Source of the DNA: a virus
Length of the DNA stretch: 64,000 bases
IMG/VR virus record: IMGVR_UViG_3300021963_004549
Coordinates: 5,904-69,903 of that record
Direction: 5' to 3' (one strand)
Shown here piece by piece: positions 46,743 to 56,747 of this stretch. The notes beneath the pieces are model-generated. The model made no database searches, was not told the DNA's origin, and worked only from the letters and a program-made list of their open reading frames with translations. Both the position numbers and the translations under genes were made by a program. How positions within the stretch are numbered: the first letter of the stretch is position 1; every line of letters begins with the position of its first letter.

Positions 46743-48772
46743 TGAGTAGTGTACACATACAGAGTATAGATTACAAAGACTGGTTTATCAATCAGAAGCG
46801 TCTGCCAGACAGAGCATCTGAGGAATATAAACCGTTTTATGATTTTCATAAAGACCTATGTTTAAATGGCTGTATGATGGGGGGTGTATATATCAACCCC
46901 TTTTTATATTGGCACCTAAACATCTGGCATACAGAGGTGGATATTATTGATGAGTATGGAAGGATTGCACAGAAATATGCTAATCCTTTATTACGTGATA
47001 ACGAGTGGCTGGTAACAAACGAAATTGACAGAGCACAGAAAGAAAGAAAAGGCTTAGTCATTCTAGGTATTAGACGTTTTGCTAAGTCCGTTATTGAGGC
47101 ATCTTATATTGCATGGGGTGCAACATTTGATGAAAACTCACAAAACATTATTGCTGGTTTGAACGCTCCAGATATTAAGCTTATCACAGATAAGATTGAT
47201 AAGGGGCTTAACTTCATTCCAGAATATTGGAGATGGCAGAGAATTGAGGATAACTGGAAAAACCAAGTTACGCTTGGTATCAAGACCAAGTCTGGAGAAC
47301 GTATCCCCTTTTCTTCCATCTTAATTCGTAACCTTGATGAAGGTAATAATGAGGAAGCTATCGCAGGTACAAAACCTAGAAAGCTCATCATTGATGAGAT
47401 AGGTAAGGGAAACTTCTTACGTGGATTGCAAGCTGCAATTCCAGGTTTCACTACACCATTTGGTTGGGGTTGTTCTCCAATCCTTACAGGTACAGGTGGT
47501 GATATGAAGAAGTTTATGGATGCAAAGAGCTTAATGTTCGATGTAGACAACTTCAATTTCCTTACATATAATAATGAGAAAGACACAACTCGCATACATG
47601 GACTTTTTATATCTAACAAGTATAGAATGGAGGCCAAAGAGAAGAGCTCTCTTGGAGCTTTCTTAAGTGAGCCTTACACATCTGATTTACATAAGATTGA
47701 GATGTTGGTAAGTGACCAAGAGAAGGCTGACCAAATCACTGTGCAAAACTTAGAAAGACTTAAGAAAGCTGGTGATAGAGTTGCCTATCTAAAAGAAAAG
47801 ATGTACTACCCACAGGAAGTGGATGACATATTCCTCAATGAAGACACCAACATCTTTGATATTGAGGCTGCTAAAAGACAAAAGAGCAGGCTATTACAAC
47901 AAGAAAGAACAGGTACACCTATTATATTATTCAATGATGGAGAAAAGATAAGTCACGAGTTTACAGATAAGCTCCCTATATCTAACTTCCCTCTTAAGAA
48001 TAGTGATCAGAAAGATGCTCCTGTTGTTATATATGAATTCCCAATTGATAATCCTCCTTATGGATTATATGTAGCTGGGGTCGATCCATATAGACAAGGA
48101 CAATCTGCATATTCAAGTTCGTTAGGATCTGTGTATATTTATAAAAGAATGCATGACCTAACAGGTGAGAAATATCAAGATATGTTCGTAGCTTCGTATT
48201 GTGCAAGACCTGAAAAGAAGGAAACTTGGGAAGAACAAGCTAGACTTCTTATCAAGTATTACAATGCTAGAACGCTTTGTGAGAATGATGATATATCATT
48301 TATAGAATATATGAAAGCTAAAGGAGATGCTCACTATTTAGAAAAGCAACCTCAATGGCTTATGGAGATTGTTCCAAACACAACGGTTAAACGTGAGTAT
48401 GGAATTCATCGTTCAAGTCAGAAGATAATTGACTATCTTCACAACTGCTTAAAGAAGTATTTGGAAGGAACGATATATAAAGAGACGAATGAAGCTGGTG
48501 AGACTGTGAGAGAAGTGTTGGGTGTGAGTAAGATCTTTGATCCTGTACTACTTGAAGAAGTTATTCAGTACAATGACTCAGGTAACTTTGACCGTATCAT
48601 TGCTGCAGAATTAGCTATCGCTCAAGCACTTAAGATGGACCCTATTATGGGTAAGATTGGCGGAACTTCTGATGATAGAGTGAAAGCAATGTATGCAGGA
48701 TCACCAAAGAACCCTTTATTTTCTACATCAAGAGGAATATTTAATAAAAGAAAACGTAAACTTTTTACATAA
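46742..48772 (+). CDS. terminase large subunit
   Basis: deviant Walker A LGIRRFAKS, Walker B KLIIDEIG, RNaseH-like nuclease start VAGVDPYRQGQS; followed by portal-sized gene. Confidence 0.55.
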   Translation: MSSVHIQSIDYKDWFINQKRLPDRASEEYKPFYDFHKDLCLNGCMMGGVYINPFLYWHLNIWHTEVDIIDEYGRIAQKYANPLLRDNEWLVTNEIDRAQKERKGLVILGIRRFAKSVIEASYIAWGATFDENSQNIIAGLNAPDIKLITDKIDKGLNFIPEYWRWQRIEDNWKNQVTLGIKTKSGERIPFSSILIRNLDEGNNEEAIAGTKPRKLIIDEIGKGNFLRGLQAAIPGFTTPFGWGCSPILTGTGGDMKKFMDAKSLMFDVDNFNFLTYNNEKDTTRIHGLFISNKYRMEAKEKSSLGAFLSEPYTSDLHKIEMLVSDQEKADQITVQNLERLKKAGDRVAYLKEKMYYPQEVDDIFLNEDTNIFDIEAAKRQKSRLLQQERTGTPIILFNDGEKISHEFTDKLPISNFPLKNSDQKDAPVVIYEFPIDNPPYGLYVAGVDPYRQGQSAYSSSLGSVYIYKRMHDLTGEKYQDMFVASYCARPEKKETWEEQARLLIKYYNARTLCENDDISFIEYMKAKGDAHYLEKQPQWLMEIVPNTTVKREYGIHRSSQKIIDYLHNCLKKYLEGTIYKETNEAGETVREVLGVSKIFDPVLLEEVIQYNDSGNFDRIIAAELAIAQALKMDPIMGKIGGTSDDRVKAMYAGSPKNPLFSTSRGIFNKRKRKLFT

Positions 48773-51357
48773 TGGCAATTATACGGTATACAAAAGATGC
48801 TACAATTAGGTATGCATATTTAAATATATTTCCTGATCAGTTCAAGACTGAGAAGGAGAAGCAAGATGAGAGTTGGATTAAAAACACAATGGACTATTTT
48901 GCCAACAAATCATACGCTGAGTATGTAAAGAACAGAGACACCTTTGTCAAGAACTATGATCTTGTTAAGGGTATTTTGCGTATGGAGGATTTCTATCAAG
49001 AGCCTGTTGTAAGTAGCTTTACACAAACATTAGAAGCTAACTTAAATCTTCCTTCATATGTAAAAATGTATTCTATCATCACCACTCCTCTTAATGAGTT
49101 AGTTGGTGAGATTTCTAAAAGACCAGATGCTTTCCGTGTGAAGGCATTTGATGATGATAGTCAAGCTGAAGAACTAGAATTCAAAACTGGTATTCTACAA
49201 GAATACGTTATCAATCAAGCTAAACAAAAGATTTTAAATCAAGCTCAATTAAGTGGACAGGAGTTAGAAGAAGAAGAAGTTCAGCAAATGACAATGGATC
49301 AGGTGAAAGATGAGCTAGATAGCTACACATCTATTGCTGAGAAATGGGCTAACCATATTCTTACTTGTCAGAAGGCAGAGTTTAATCTTAAGGAGAAATC
49401 AGAAGATGCCTTCAGAGATATGTTGATTTCAGCTAGAGAGTTCTACCATATATATGAGGACAACTCAAAGCTTGGATTTAACATTGAGGTGGCTAACCCT
49501 AAGAACACTTGGTTCTTAACCACTCCAGATAGAAAATATGTTTCAGATCCTACAGGTAGAGCACAAGGAGCTTATGCTGCTGGTATTGTACAGGTGATGG
49601 AACTATCTGAAATTATTGAGGCTATTCCAGATATTACTAAAGAAGAGATTGACCACTTACGTAGTTCTTTACAAGACTATGGTTTGATCAACGTACGTGA
49701 ATCAAATCTTGGTAATCCAGATGCAACACCTGGTATTGATTCAGTACAATATGATACATACGATCCTCTTGTTCTACAAACAAGAATGATCATTGAATCA
49801 GAGATGAAAGAGAATGATGATGGACTTAAAGACTTCTTAGGTCTTACATCTAATGTAAGCTCATTTGGTTATAAGTATGTTGTTGTTAGAGCCTATTGGA
49901 TCTCTAAGAAGAAGATTGGTAAACTAATCTACTTAGATGAGATGGGTAATGAGCAATCTATGCTTGTTGATGAAAACTATAAGAGTAAGACAATCCCTAC
50001 AGAAGTTTCTTTAGAATGGGGTTGGATTAACCAATGGTATCAGGGTATTAAAATTGGTCCAGACATCTACCACATCAAACCTTACAAATTATTAACCTAT
50101 TGTCCTATTATTGGATTGGTTCATGAGGTTAAGAATACAGAAGCTAAAAGCTTAGTAGACTTAATGAAACCATTCCAAGTGTTATATAATGTATGTATGA
50201 ACCAGCTTTACACACTTCTTGAGAAGGAAGTTGGTAAGGTGTATCTAACATCCATCAGACATATTCCTGTTCCTAAAGATGGTGATGCTCAAGATGCTTT
50301 AGATATATGGGAACTAGAAGCTCGTAACAGAGGGGTTGTATTTATTGATGATTCTCCAGAGAACTTAAAAGGTCAGTCTAGCTTTAACCAGTTTAGAGAT
50401 ATTGACCTCACACGTACGCAGGAGATTCAATCTCGTTATACACTAGCTATGCAACTTAAGCAAGAGTGTTGGGAACTGATAGGTATGTCTAAACAAAGAC
50501 TTGGATCTGTATCAGCTAGCGAAAGTGCTACAGGTACAAACGCAGCTCTTACTCAGTCTTATTCTCAAACAGAACCTTTGTTTGTAGCTCATGAATATGT
50601 TCTTGGTCAATTGTACCAAGCTATCATTGATGCTGCTTTATATGTAGAATCTAGCAAACCACAATCCACCCTATCATACATTACATCTGATGGAGAATCT
50701 GCTTTCGTACAGGTGAATGGATCTGATCTCAGATTCCGTGATCTTAAGGTGTTCTTAACCAATCGTCCTGAAGATCAGAAAATGTTTAACGAATTACGTG
50801 GATTGTCTCAAGCTGTTATACAAAACGGTGGTTCATTACATGACATCATTGAACTTTACAGCACCAACTCTGTACGTCAGATGAAAAAGGTGTTTAAGAG
50901 TCTTAAAGATAAGCAAGATGCTATGCAACAACAACAGTTGGATATGCAACAGCAACAACAAGAGCAACAACAAGAGCAAGCTATGGCTCAACTCCAACAG
51001 GCTCAAGCATCTCAAGAGAGACAATTGGCTAATGATAACTACCAAGCTGAACTTGATAGAATCAATAAGAAGGAGATTGCACTTATTGCTGCTGAATCAA
51101 AAGCAGGTTCATTGGCTGATGTAGATGAATCTGGAACTCCTGATGTATTGGAAATCAGCAGGTTAGCATTCGAGCAATCAAAAGCTACTAAAGATTATGA
51201 AGCAAAGATGAATGATATTCAATCTAAGAATACATTAGCTGCTCAGAAACTACAAGTTGAAAGAGAAAAACTAAAAGTGGCTAGAGAGAACCAAGCAAAT
51301 GATTTAGCTATTGCTAAAGAGAATGCTAAGAACAGAGCGAGTAAGAAAACTAAGTAA
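48772..51357 (+). CDS. portal protein (putative), with Gln-rich coiled-coil C-terminus
   Basis: 861 aa, immediately after terminase; C-terminal QQQQLDMQQQQQEQQQEQAMAQLQQAQ. Confidence 0.45.
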   Translation: MAIIRYTKDATIRYAYLNIFPDQFKTEKEKQDESWIKNTMDYFANKSYAEYVKNRDTFVKNYDLVKGILRMEDFYQEPVVSSFTQTLEANLNLPSYVKMYSIITTPLNELVGEISKRPDAFRVKAFDDDSQAEELEFKTGILQEYVINQAKQKILNQAQLSGQELEEEEVQQMTMDQVKDELDSYTSIAEKWANHILTCQKAEFNLKEKSEDAFRDMLISAREFYHIYEDNSKLGFNIEVANPKNTWFLTTPDRKYVSDPTGRAQGAYAAGIVQVMELSEIIEAIPDITKEEIDHLRSSLQDYGLINVRESNLGNPDATPGIDSVQYDTYDPLVLQTRMIIESEMKENDDGLKDFLGLTSNVSSFGYKYVVVRAYWISKKKIGKLIYLDEMGNEQSMLVDENYKSKTIPTEVSLEWGWINQWYQGIKIGPDIYHIKPYKLLTYCPIIGLVHEVKNTEAKSLVDLMKPFQVLYNVCMNQLYTLLEKEVGKVYLTSIRHIPVPKDGDAQDALDIWELEARNRGVVFIDDSPENLKGQSSFNQFRDIDLTRTQEIQSRYTLAMQLKQECWELIGMSKQRLGSVSASESATGTNAALTQSYSQTEPLFVAHEYVLGQLYQAIIDAALYVESSKPQSTLSYITSDGESAFVQVNGSDLRFRDLKVFLTNRPEDQKMFNELRGLSQAVIQNGGSLHDIIELYSTNSVRQMKKVFKSLKDKQDAMQQQQLDMQQQQQEQQQEQAMAQLQQAQASQERQLANDNYQAELDRINKKEIALIAAESKAGSLADVDESGTPDVLEISRLAFEQSKATKDYEAKMNDIQSKNTLAAQKLQVEREKLKVARENQANDLAIAKENAKNRASKKTK

Positions 51358-51359
51358 TT

Positions 51360-51890
51360 ATGTTAGATAGGCTGATTGACGTTGTGTTACAATTTGGCTC
51401 AGACGTACTCCCTGGTATTATTATCAGGGATTACGAGGAGGCTGTACTTCTAAGATTTGGTAAATTTAAAAAGGTGTTGAAACCTGGGTTCCACCCAAAG
51501 ATACCATTTGTAGATGAGGTGATTGACCAACATGTCGTTATTACAACATTGAGCCTTCCAGCACAATCTTTGTATACCAGTGATAGACAGAATATTGTTG
51601 TCAAGGGGGTAATCAAATACAAGATATCAGATGTAAAAACATTCCTGTTAGAAGTATTTGATGCCCAAGATGCAATAGCTGACATGTCACAAAGTGTCAT
51701 AAAAAACGTAATCATGTCTATGTCCCTGGAAGAATGTACGGATGCAGAACTTGATAACACATTAACTAAGAAGGTGAGGGTTGAAGCTAGGAAATGGGGT
51801 GTTGAGATTCAACAAGTTACGCTCACTGACCTAGCCCCAATCAAGAGCTTTAGATTAATAAATGACACAATTACAAACAATCTTGATTAG
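51360..51890 (+). CDS. SPFH (band 7/stomatin/prohibitin) domain protein
   Basis: IIRDYEEAVLLRFGKFKKVLKPGFHPKIPFVDEV..TTLSLPAQSLYTSDRQNIVVKGVIKYKISD matches the SPFH core. Confidence 0.55.
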   Translation: MLDRLIDVVLQFGSDVLPGIIIRDYEEAVLLRFGKFKKVLKPGFHPKIPFVDEVIDQHVVITTLSLPAQSLYTSDRQNIVVKGVIKYKISDVKTFLLEVFDAQDAIADMSQSVIKNVIMSMSLEECTDAELDNTLTKKVRVEARKWGVEIQQVTLTDLAPIKSFRLINDTITNNLD

Positions 51891-52011
51891 AGTGAATTAC
51901 ATTAATGCTATATTATCGTGAATAATGGGCCTTATAGTGCACTACCTCTTTGGTATTAATTTATAATAATATACTTTTACATCTGAAAACCAATAATAAA
52001 ATAAACTACAT

Positions 52012-53274
52012 ATGGCTGAAAATCTAGACAACCCGTCAATGGGAAACTTTAGTATTCAAGATACTATGGAAATGGGCATGGGAAACCAAGAGCTTTTAAG
52101 TGACTTATTTGCTCCTGAGACTTCTACTACCAATCCTGATGATATCCAAGATATTAAAGATGAACCTGCTCCTGCACCTAAACCTGCAAAGAAGACACCA
52201 GCTCCTGCTGCTGCTTCAGAAGAGAATGATGAGGAAAATAAAGAAGATAATAAAAAATCTTTACAGGACTTTTTACTAGGTGGAGATGATGAAGAGGATG
52301 ATGATGAAGATGATTCTCCTGCTCCAACTCCCAAAGCAAAAGCTCCTGCAGATACAGAAGATGATAATGAAACAGAAGGTGATGAACCATCTAGTCCATT
52401 TACATCTCTATCTAGAGATCTTTTCAAACTTGGTGTATTCACCAATGATGAAGATGATGAAGAAGTTAATATCTCAACTCCTGAGGAATTCCTTGAGCGT
52501 TTCCAAGCTGAAAAGAAGAAAGGAGCTATTGAGGTGGTAAACAACTTCATTGGTCAGTTTGGAGAAGATTATCAACAAGCATTTGATGCCATATTTGTAA
52601 AAGGAGTAGATCCAAAAGAGTATTTCGGTACTTATAATAATATAAAGAGTTTTGCTGAGATGGACTTAGCAGACGAATCTAACCAAGTTGCAGTAATTAA
52701 ACAAGCACTCTCTGATCAAGGATTTGATCCTGAGGATGTTACAACAGAAGTTGAAAGACTTAAGAATTACGGTGATTTGGAAACTGTTGCTACTAAACAC
52801 CACAAAGTGTTGGTTAAGAAAGAAGCAGCAAAGCTCCAACAAATGGAGCAAGAAAATGAAAGAAGATTACAACAGCAAGCTGCTGTTAAACAGCAATACT
52901 ATCAAAACGTTCAGTCGGTATTACAAGAAAAACTAAAAACAAAAGAGTTTGACGGTATTCCTCTGAACCCTAAATTGGCTGGTGAACTACAAGATTTCCT
53001 GTTAGTAGATAAGTATAAGACAGCATCTGGTGAGACTCTCACAGATTTTGATCGTACTATTCTAGAACTTAAGCGTCCAGAAAACCATGCAACAAAGGTT
53101 AAGATTGGACTTTTATTAAAGATTTTAGAAAAGGACCCTACTCTATCTACAATACAAAAGACTGGTATCACCAAGAAGTCAAATGAATTGTTTGGTGAAG
53201 TTGCTAGACAAGTTAGCAAAAGTTCTACAAAAACAGGAAATAAGCCCAAGCCTACAACTTCATGGTTTCAATAA
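52012..53274 (+). CDS. putative scaffolding protein (highly acidic, low complexity)
   Basis: long D/E/A/P-rich region, helical C-terminal half, positioned before the capsid gene. Confidence 0.4.
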   Translation: MAENLDNPSMGNFSIQDTMEMGMGNQELLSDLFAPETSTTNPDDIQDIKDEPAPAPKPAKKTPAPAAASEENDEENKEDNKKSLQDFLLGGDDEEDDDEDDSPAPTPKAKAPADTEDDNETEGDEPSSPFTSLSRDLFKLGVFTNDEDDEEVNISTPEEFLERFQAEKKKGAIEVVNNFIGQFGEDYQQAFDAIFVKGVDPKEYFGTYNNIKSFAEMDLADESNQVAVIKQALSDQGFDPEDVTTEVERLKNYGDLETVATKHHKVLVKKEAAKLQQMEQENERRLQQQAAVKQQYYQNVQSVLQEKLKTKEFDGIPLNPKLAGELQDFLLVDKYKTASGETLTDFDRTILELKRPENHATKVKIGLLLKILEKDPTLSTIQKTGITKKSNELFGEVARQVSKSSTKTGNKPKPTTSWFQ

Positions 53275-53308
53275 ACAATTTATAAACATTAATTAAAAAA
53301 ATAACAAA

Positions 53309-54862
53309 ATGGCAATTCAAACAATTCCAGGTTTAACTGGCTTTACGTATGCTCGTGTTGCTTCTATGGACAAGCGTGCAGTAGGTAAGTTGACAGATGC
53401 AAACCACTTGGAGAGTTTTCACTCGACTGAGCCAGCAGATTATGATAAGAAGATTATCAGTTTGTACACTCAGAGTTCTCTTTACAGTAACGATTTCTTG
53501 GATATGATTAACAAGAGCACTCCTTACTATATCGATAACAACAGTGATGCTTGGAAGTGGCAAGTACAAGTTCCTTACAAATTCCCTAAAATCATTGATA
53601 TTCCTGATAGCACTCTAGCTCTAGATAAGCCAGGTATCGATGGTCAAGAGTTTTCTCTTGTAATTGACACTAATGAGTTCTCTAAGAATGCAATTGTTTC
53701 TGTAGGTACTCGTCAGTATGGTCCTCGTTTCTACGTGATCAAAGATCCTATTCCTTGGAATATGGGCTTTTTGTACACCTTCACTCTTGTGACTGACAAC
53801 CCTCAAGTAGATTACGTAAGTTCTACTTTCTTACAGACTGGTATTGAACTTGAATTAGTTGATGCTGCTATCGGTGAATTCGATCAAGACTTATTAGGTC
53901 TTCCTCGTTTAGGTGAGCAAATCACTATGTTTGAATCTTTAGGTTCTGCATATGGTTATGAGCACAAAATCACTGAGTGGGCTGATGACAAAATGATGCG
54001 TGATGCTTCTGGTAAGCCTCTTGACATCTTAGTATATGCTCCACAAAGACGTAACCAATTACCTTTAACTCGTAACGATGTTAAATGGGAACCATTTATT
54101 GAGTTCTGGATGCGTAAGTCTATGTTAGAATTAAAAGTTAAGCGTATGATCTGGGCTAAGCCTGGTACCGTGAAGACTAATGGTTCTAAGCAAGAATTAA
54201 AGCGTACATCTGCTGGTGTATACCACAGAATGCGTAACAACGGTAACTTAGTACAATACAACCGTGGTGAGTTCACTGCAAACTTGATTCGTTCAGTGTT
54301 TGGTGACTTATTCTATCGTCGTGTTGATGTTAAGGATCGTAGAGTTAAAATGTACACTAACGAAGCTGGTTTCGATGTGTTCCAACAAGCTCTTAAAAAT
54401 GATGCACTTAATTCTGGTTTAACTTTCATGGCTGATTCTGGTAATCGCTACATGCAAGGAGAAGGTCAACACATCACTTACAACTTTGCATTCGATGCAA
54501 TGGTTACACGTGAAACAGGTCGTGTTGAACTAATTCACTTAAAAGAATTAGACCTTCCTCAAACTAACTTAGAATTCGGTCAGAACAAAAAATCTACTCC
54601 TGTATTCATGGTGTTTGATGTATCTCCAATGAGCGATGGTTCAATGGTAAACAACATCCGTGAAGTACGTATGAAGGGTGCTCCTTCAATGACTTGGGGT
54701 TATATCGATGGAACTCGTCACCACTTAGGTTTTGCTAAGTCTCAAGGTATGAGTTCTGCGAACAAATTCCCTGGTTATGAGATTTGGATGAAAGACCGTT
54801 GTGATGTATTCATTGAAGATTTATCACGTACAGTATTAATCGAAGAAATACCACAATTCTAA
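53309..54862 (+). CDS. putative major capsid protein
   Basis: 517 aa after scaffold; followed by a strong structured terminator region; protein-family assignment not verifiable by eye. Confidence 0.4.
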   Translation: MAIQTIPGLTGFTYARVASMDKRAVGKLTDANHLESFHSTEPADYDKKIISLYTQSSLYSNDFLDMINKSTPYYIDNNSDAWKWQVQVPYKFPKIIDIPDSTLALDKPGIDGQEFSLVIDTNEFSKNAIVSVGTRQYGPRFYVIKDPIPWNMGFLYTFTLVTDNPQVDYVSSTFLQTGIELELVDAAIGEFDQDLLGLPRLGEQITMFESLGSAYGYEHKITEWADDKMMRDASGKPLDILVYAPQRRNQLPLTRNDVKWEPFIEFWMRKSMLELKVKRMIWAKPGTVKTNGSKQELKRTSAGVYHRMRNNGNLVQYNRGEFTANLIRSVFGDLFYRRVDVKDRRVKMYTNEAGFDVFQQALKNDALNSGLTFMADSGNRYMQGEGQHITYNFAFDAMVTRETGRVELIHLKELDLPQTNLEFGQNKKSTPVFMVFDVSPMSDGSMVNNIREVRMKGAPSMTWGYIDGTRHHLGFAKSQGMSSANKFPGYEIWMKDRCDVFIEDLSRTVLIEEIPQF

Positions 54863-54886
54863 TCTAACGATTAGGCATAACCTACC

Positions 54887-54992
54887 GAGAAGAATTCCCC
54901 CCCACTACTCCACGTGGGGGAGTCTTCTCACACAGATGGATGGATACAGATTACATGTCTGTATGGCACTCTCTTCGCTGAGAACCCATCTG
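54887..54992 (+). terminator. compound stem-loop element in the capsid-gene 3' intergenic region
   Basis: gagaaga-att-cccccac/gtggggg-ag-tcttctc; atacaga/tctgtat; flanking cagatgg/ccatctg. Confidence 0.45.
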
Positions 54993-55023
54993 CAAAAATA
55001 AACCAAACAAAAAACAACTACAT

Positions 55024-55992
55024 ATGGGTAAGATAGGAAAAATCTCTACTATTAAGAAAGATTACAACAACTCTCAGTTGCAAACCATGCAAGGTGGTCT
55101 TGCACAAAAAGGTTTAACCAGGATCCCTGGAACAGGTGTATTTAAGTATCCTTACAAGGAACTTGATGGTCAGTACAGAACTGGATTAGATCCAAATGCT
55201 TCATACATCCGTAGGATGGGTGATAGTCTTGAAAGAGAAATGGAAGTTGAAAGAGTTACAGCACTTAAAAAGAAGCTTGAAACTGCTTTAGGTGATGTTG
55301 ATTTAAGTCCTCGTTCTAGTTTCTGGAACTATGGATTGTCTACATCTACAGATGATACATTACATGTACAAGCAGTTAAGTTAATGGATGGTGATAACTA
55401 CTTTGACTTTACTAATCCTTTTCAGGAGTTAGCATTTGCTTGGTTAAGAGTTCATCCAACAATTGCCTCTAGCTATCAGGCTTGGGAGCGTGGTGAAGTT
55501 CCTGCAGACACACAATTTTACGTTGCTGATGATGAAATTGAAAATGCAGTGATATTCAAGAAGAAACAATTGATCAACAAGGCTATTGTCAAGTTTGATG
55601 CAATGAGTCCTGAGAAGAAACGCAAAGTAGCAAGATTGTTAGGATTACCTGTTACAGAAGACACTAAAGAAGAATCTGTATACAATCAGGTAGATAACCT
55701 ATTAAAACAAACAGAATTCAAGAATGGCAAACATGCTGGTTTAAACCCTGTAGAGGTGTTCACCAGATTTGCAGATATGAAGGAAAACTTACTCCATATT
55801 AAAGACTTGGTTAAGCAAGCTATTGCTCACTCAGTATATCGTTTAAAACCTAATGGTAAAGTGTACGAAGGTGAATTTGAGATTGCTAAGGATGAAGATG
55901 ATTTAGTTAAATTCCTTGCTGATGAAGATAACCAAGACGAATTATTAACCTTGGAAGGAAAATTAAAAACTAAGAAAATAGCTTCTGTATGA
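55024..55992 (+). CDS. hypothetical structural protein
   Basis: ORF in the late module. Confidence 0.4.
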   Translation: MGKIGKISTIKKDYNNSQLQTMQGGLAQKGLTRIPGTGVFKYPYKELDGQYRTGLDPNASYIRRMGDSLEREMEVERVTALKKKLETALGDVDLSPRSSFWNYGLSTSTDDTLHVQAVKLMDGDNYFDFTNPFQELAFAWLRVHPTIASSYQAWERGEVPADTQFYVADDEIENAVIFKKKQLINKAIVKFDAMSPEKKRKVARLLGLPVTEDTKEESVYNQVDNLLKQTEFKNGKHAGLNPVEVFTRFADMKENLLHIKDLVKQAIAHSVYRLKPNGKVYEGEFEIAKDEDDLVKFLADEDNQDELLTLEGKLKTKKIASV

Positions 55993-56720
55993 TACCCGTA
56001 GATAGTTTATTATATAAAATTGACCAGAAACTAAATAAACTATCGACTAACGAGCATCAACAAATCCAATTGGAAGATAAGATTTTAGCCTTGAATGAGG
56101 CTCAGATCAAGTTGATTAAACAGAAGGTTGACGGTCAAAACACAGTTTCTGGTTTAGGTCTTGATGCTTTTAAGAAGCGTTATGAAGACCTACAAAATCT
56201 GGTTGTAGATTACAATAAACAACCTCTTGATTTAACAATCAAGAATGCTGAATTAAATCAATGGTCGGCTGGACTAAATCAACTCACTCCAAAGTACATG
56301 TTCTATATAGATAGTTATGTACTTGCAGATAAGGGTTTGTGTAAGGATAGACAAATATGGATTAATAGAGACTTGGCTAAGCATAGCGATTTGCAATTCT
56401 GCTTAAACAATACCCATTACAAACCATCGTTTGAATATCAAGAAACGTTCAACCTACTAACTTCTGATGAGATTTCTATATTTACTGACGGTACATTCAC
56501 ACCTAAGAAAATATATGTATCGTACATGAGATACCCAGTGTATATTAATAAAACTGGATATGTTATGTTAGATGGACAGGACTCTTACGATCAAAACTGT
56601 GAACTAGAAACATACCTGGAAGATGAATTGTTAGACTTAACAGTTCAAAACCTAGCAATGTATACAGAGAATCAATCTGCAGTTCAAAGTGCTCAGTTTA
56701 GAATTCAGACAAACGAATAG
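55989..56720 (+). CDS. hypothetical structural protein
   Basis: ATGA overlap with the preceding gene. Confidence 0.4.
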   Translation: MIPVDSLLYKIDQKLNKLSTNEHQQIQLEDKILALNEAQIKLIKQKVDGQNTVSGLGLDAFKKRYEDLQNLVVDYNKQPLDLTIKNAELNQWSAGLNQLTPKYMFYIDSYVLADKGLCKDRQIWINRDLAKHSDLQFCLNNTHYKPSFEYQETFNLLTSDEISIFTDGTFTPKKIYVSYMRYPVYINKTGYVMLDGQDSYDQNCELETYLEDELLDLTVQNLAMYTENQSAVQSAQFRIQTNE

Positions 56721-56747
56721 TTATTTTCACAATTTAAATAAAATAAA

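Noticed and set aside
47104-47637. 177-aa minus-strand ORF inside the terminase gene
   Set aside because: It is antisense to a gene with clear terminase motifs and has no start context.
52056-52550. 164-aa minus-strand ORF and other antisense ORFs inside the scaffold gene (52178-52390, 52280-52540)
   Set aside because: They arise from the low-complexity GAT/GAA repeat region of the acidic scaffold gene and are antisense or frame artefacts.
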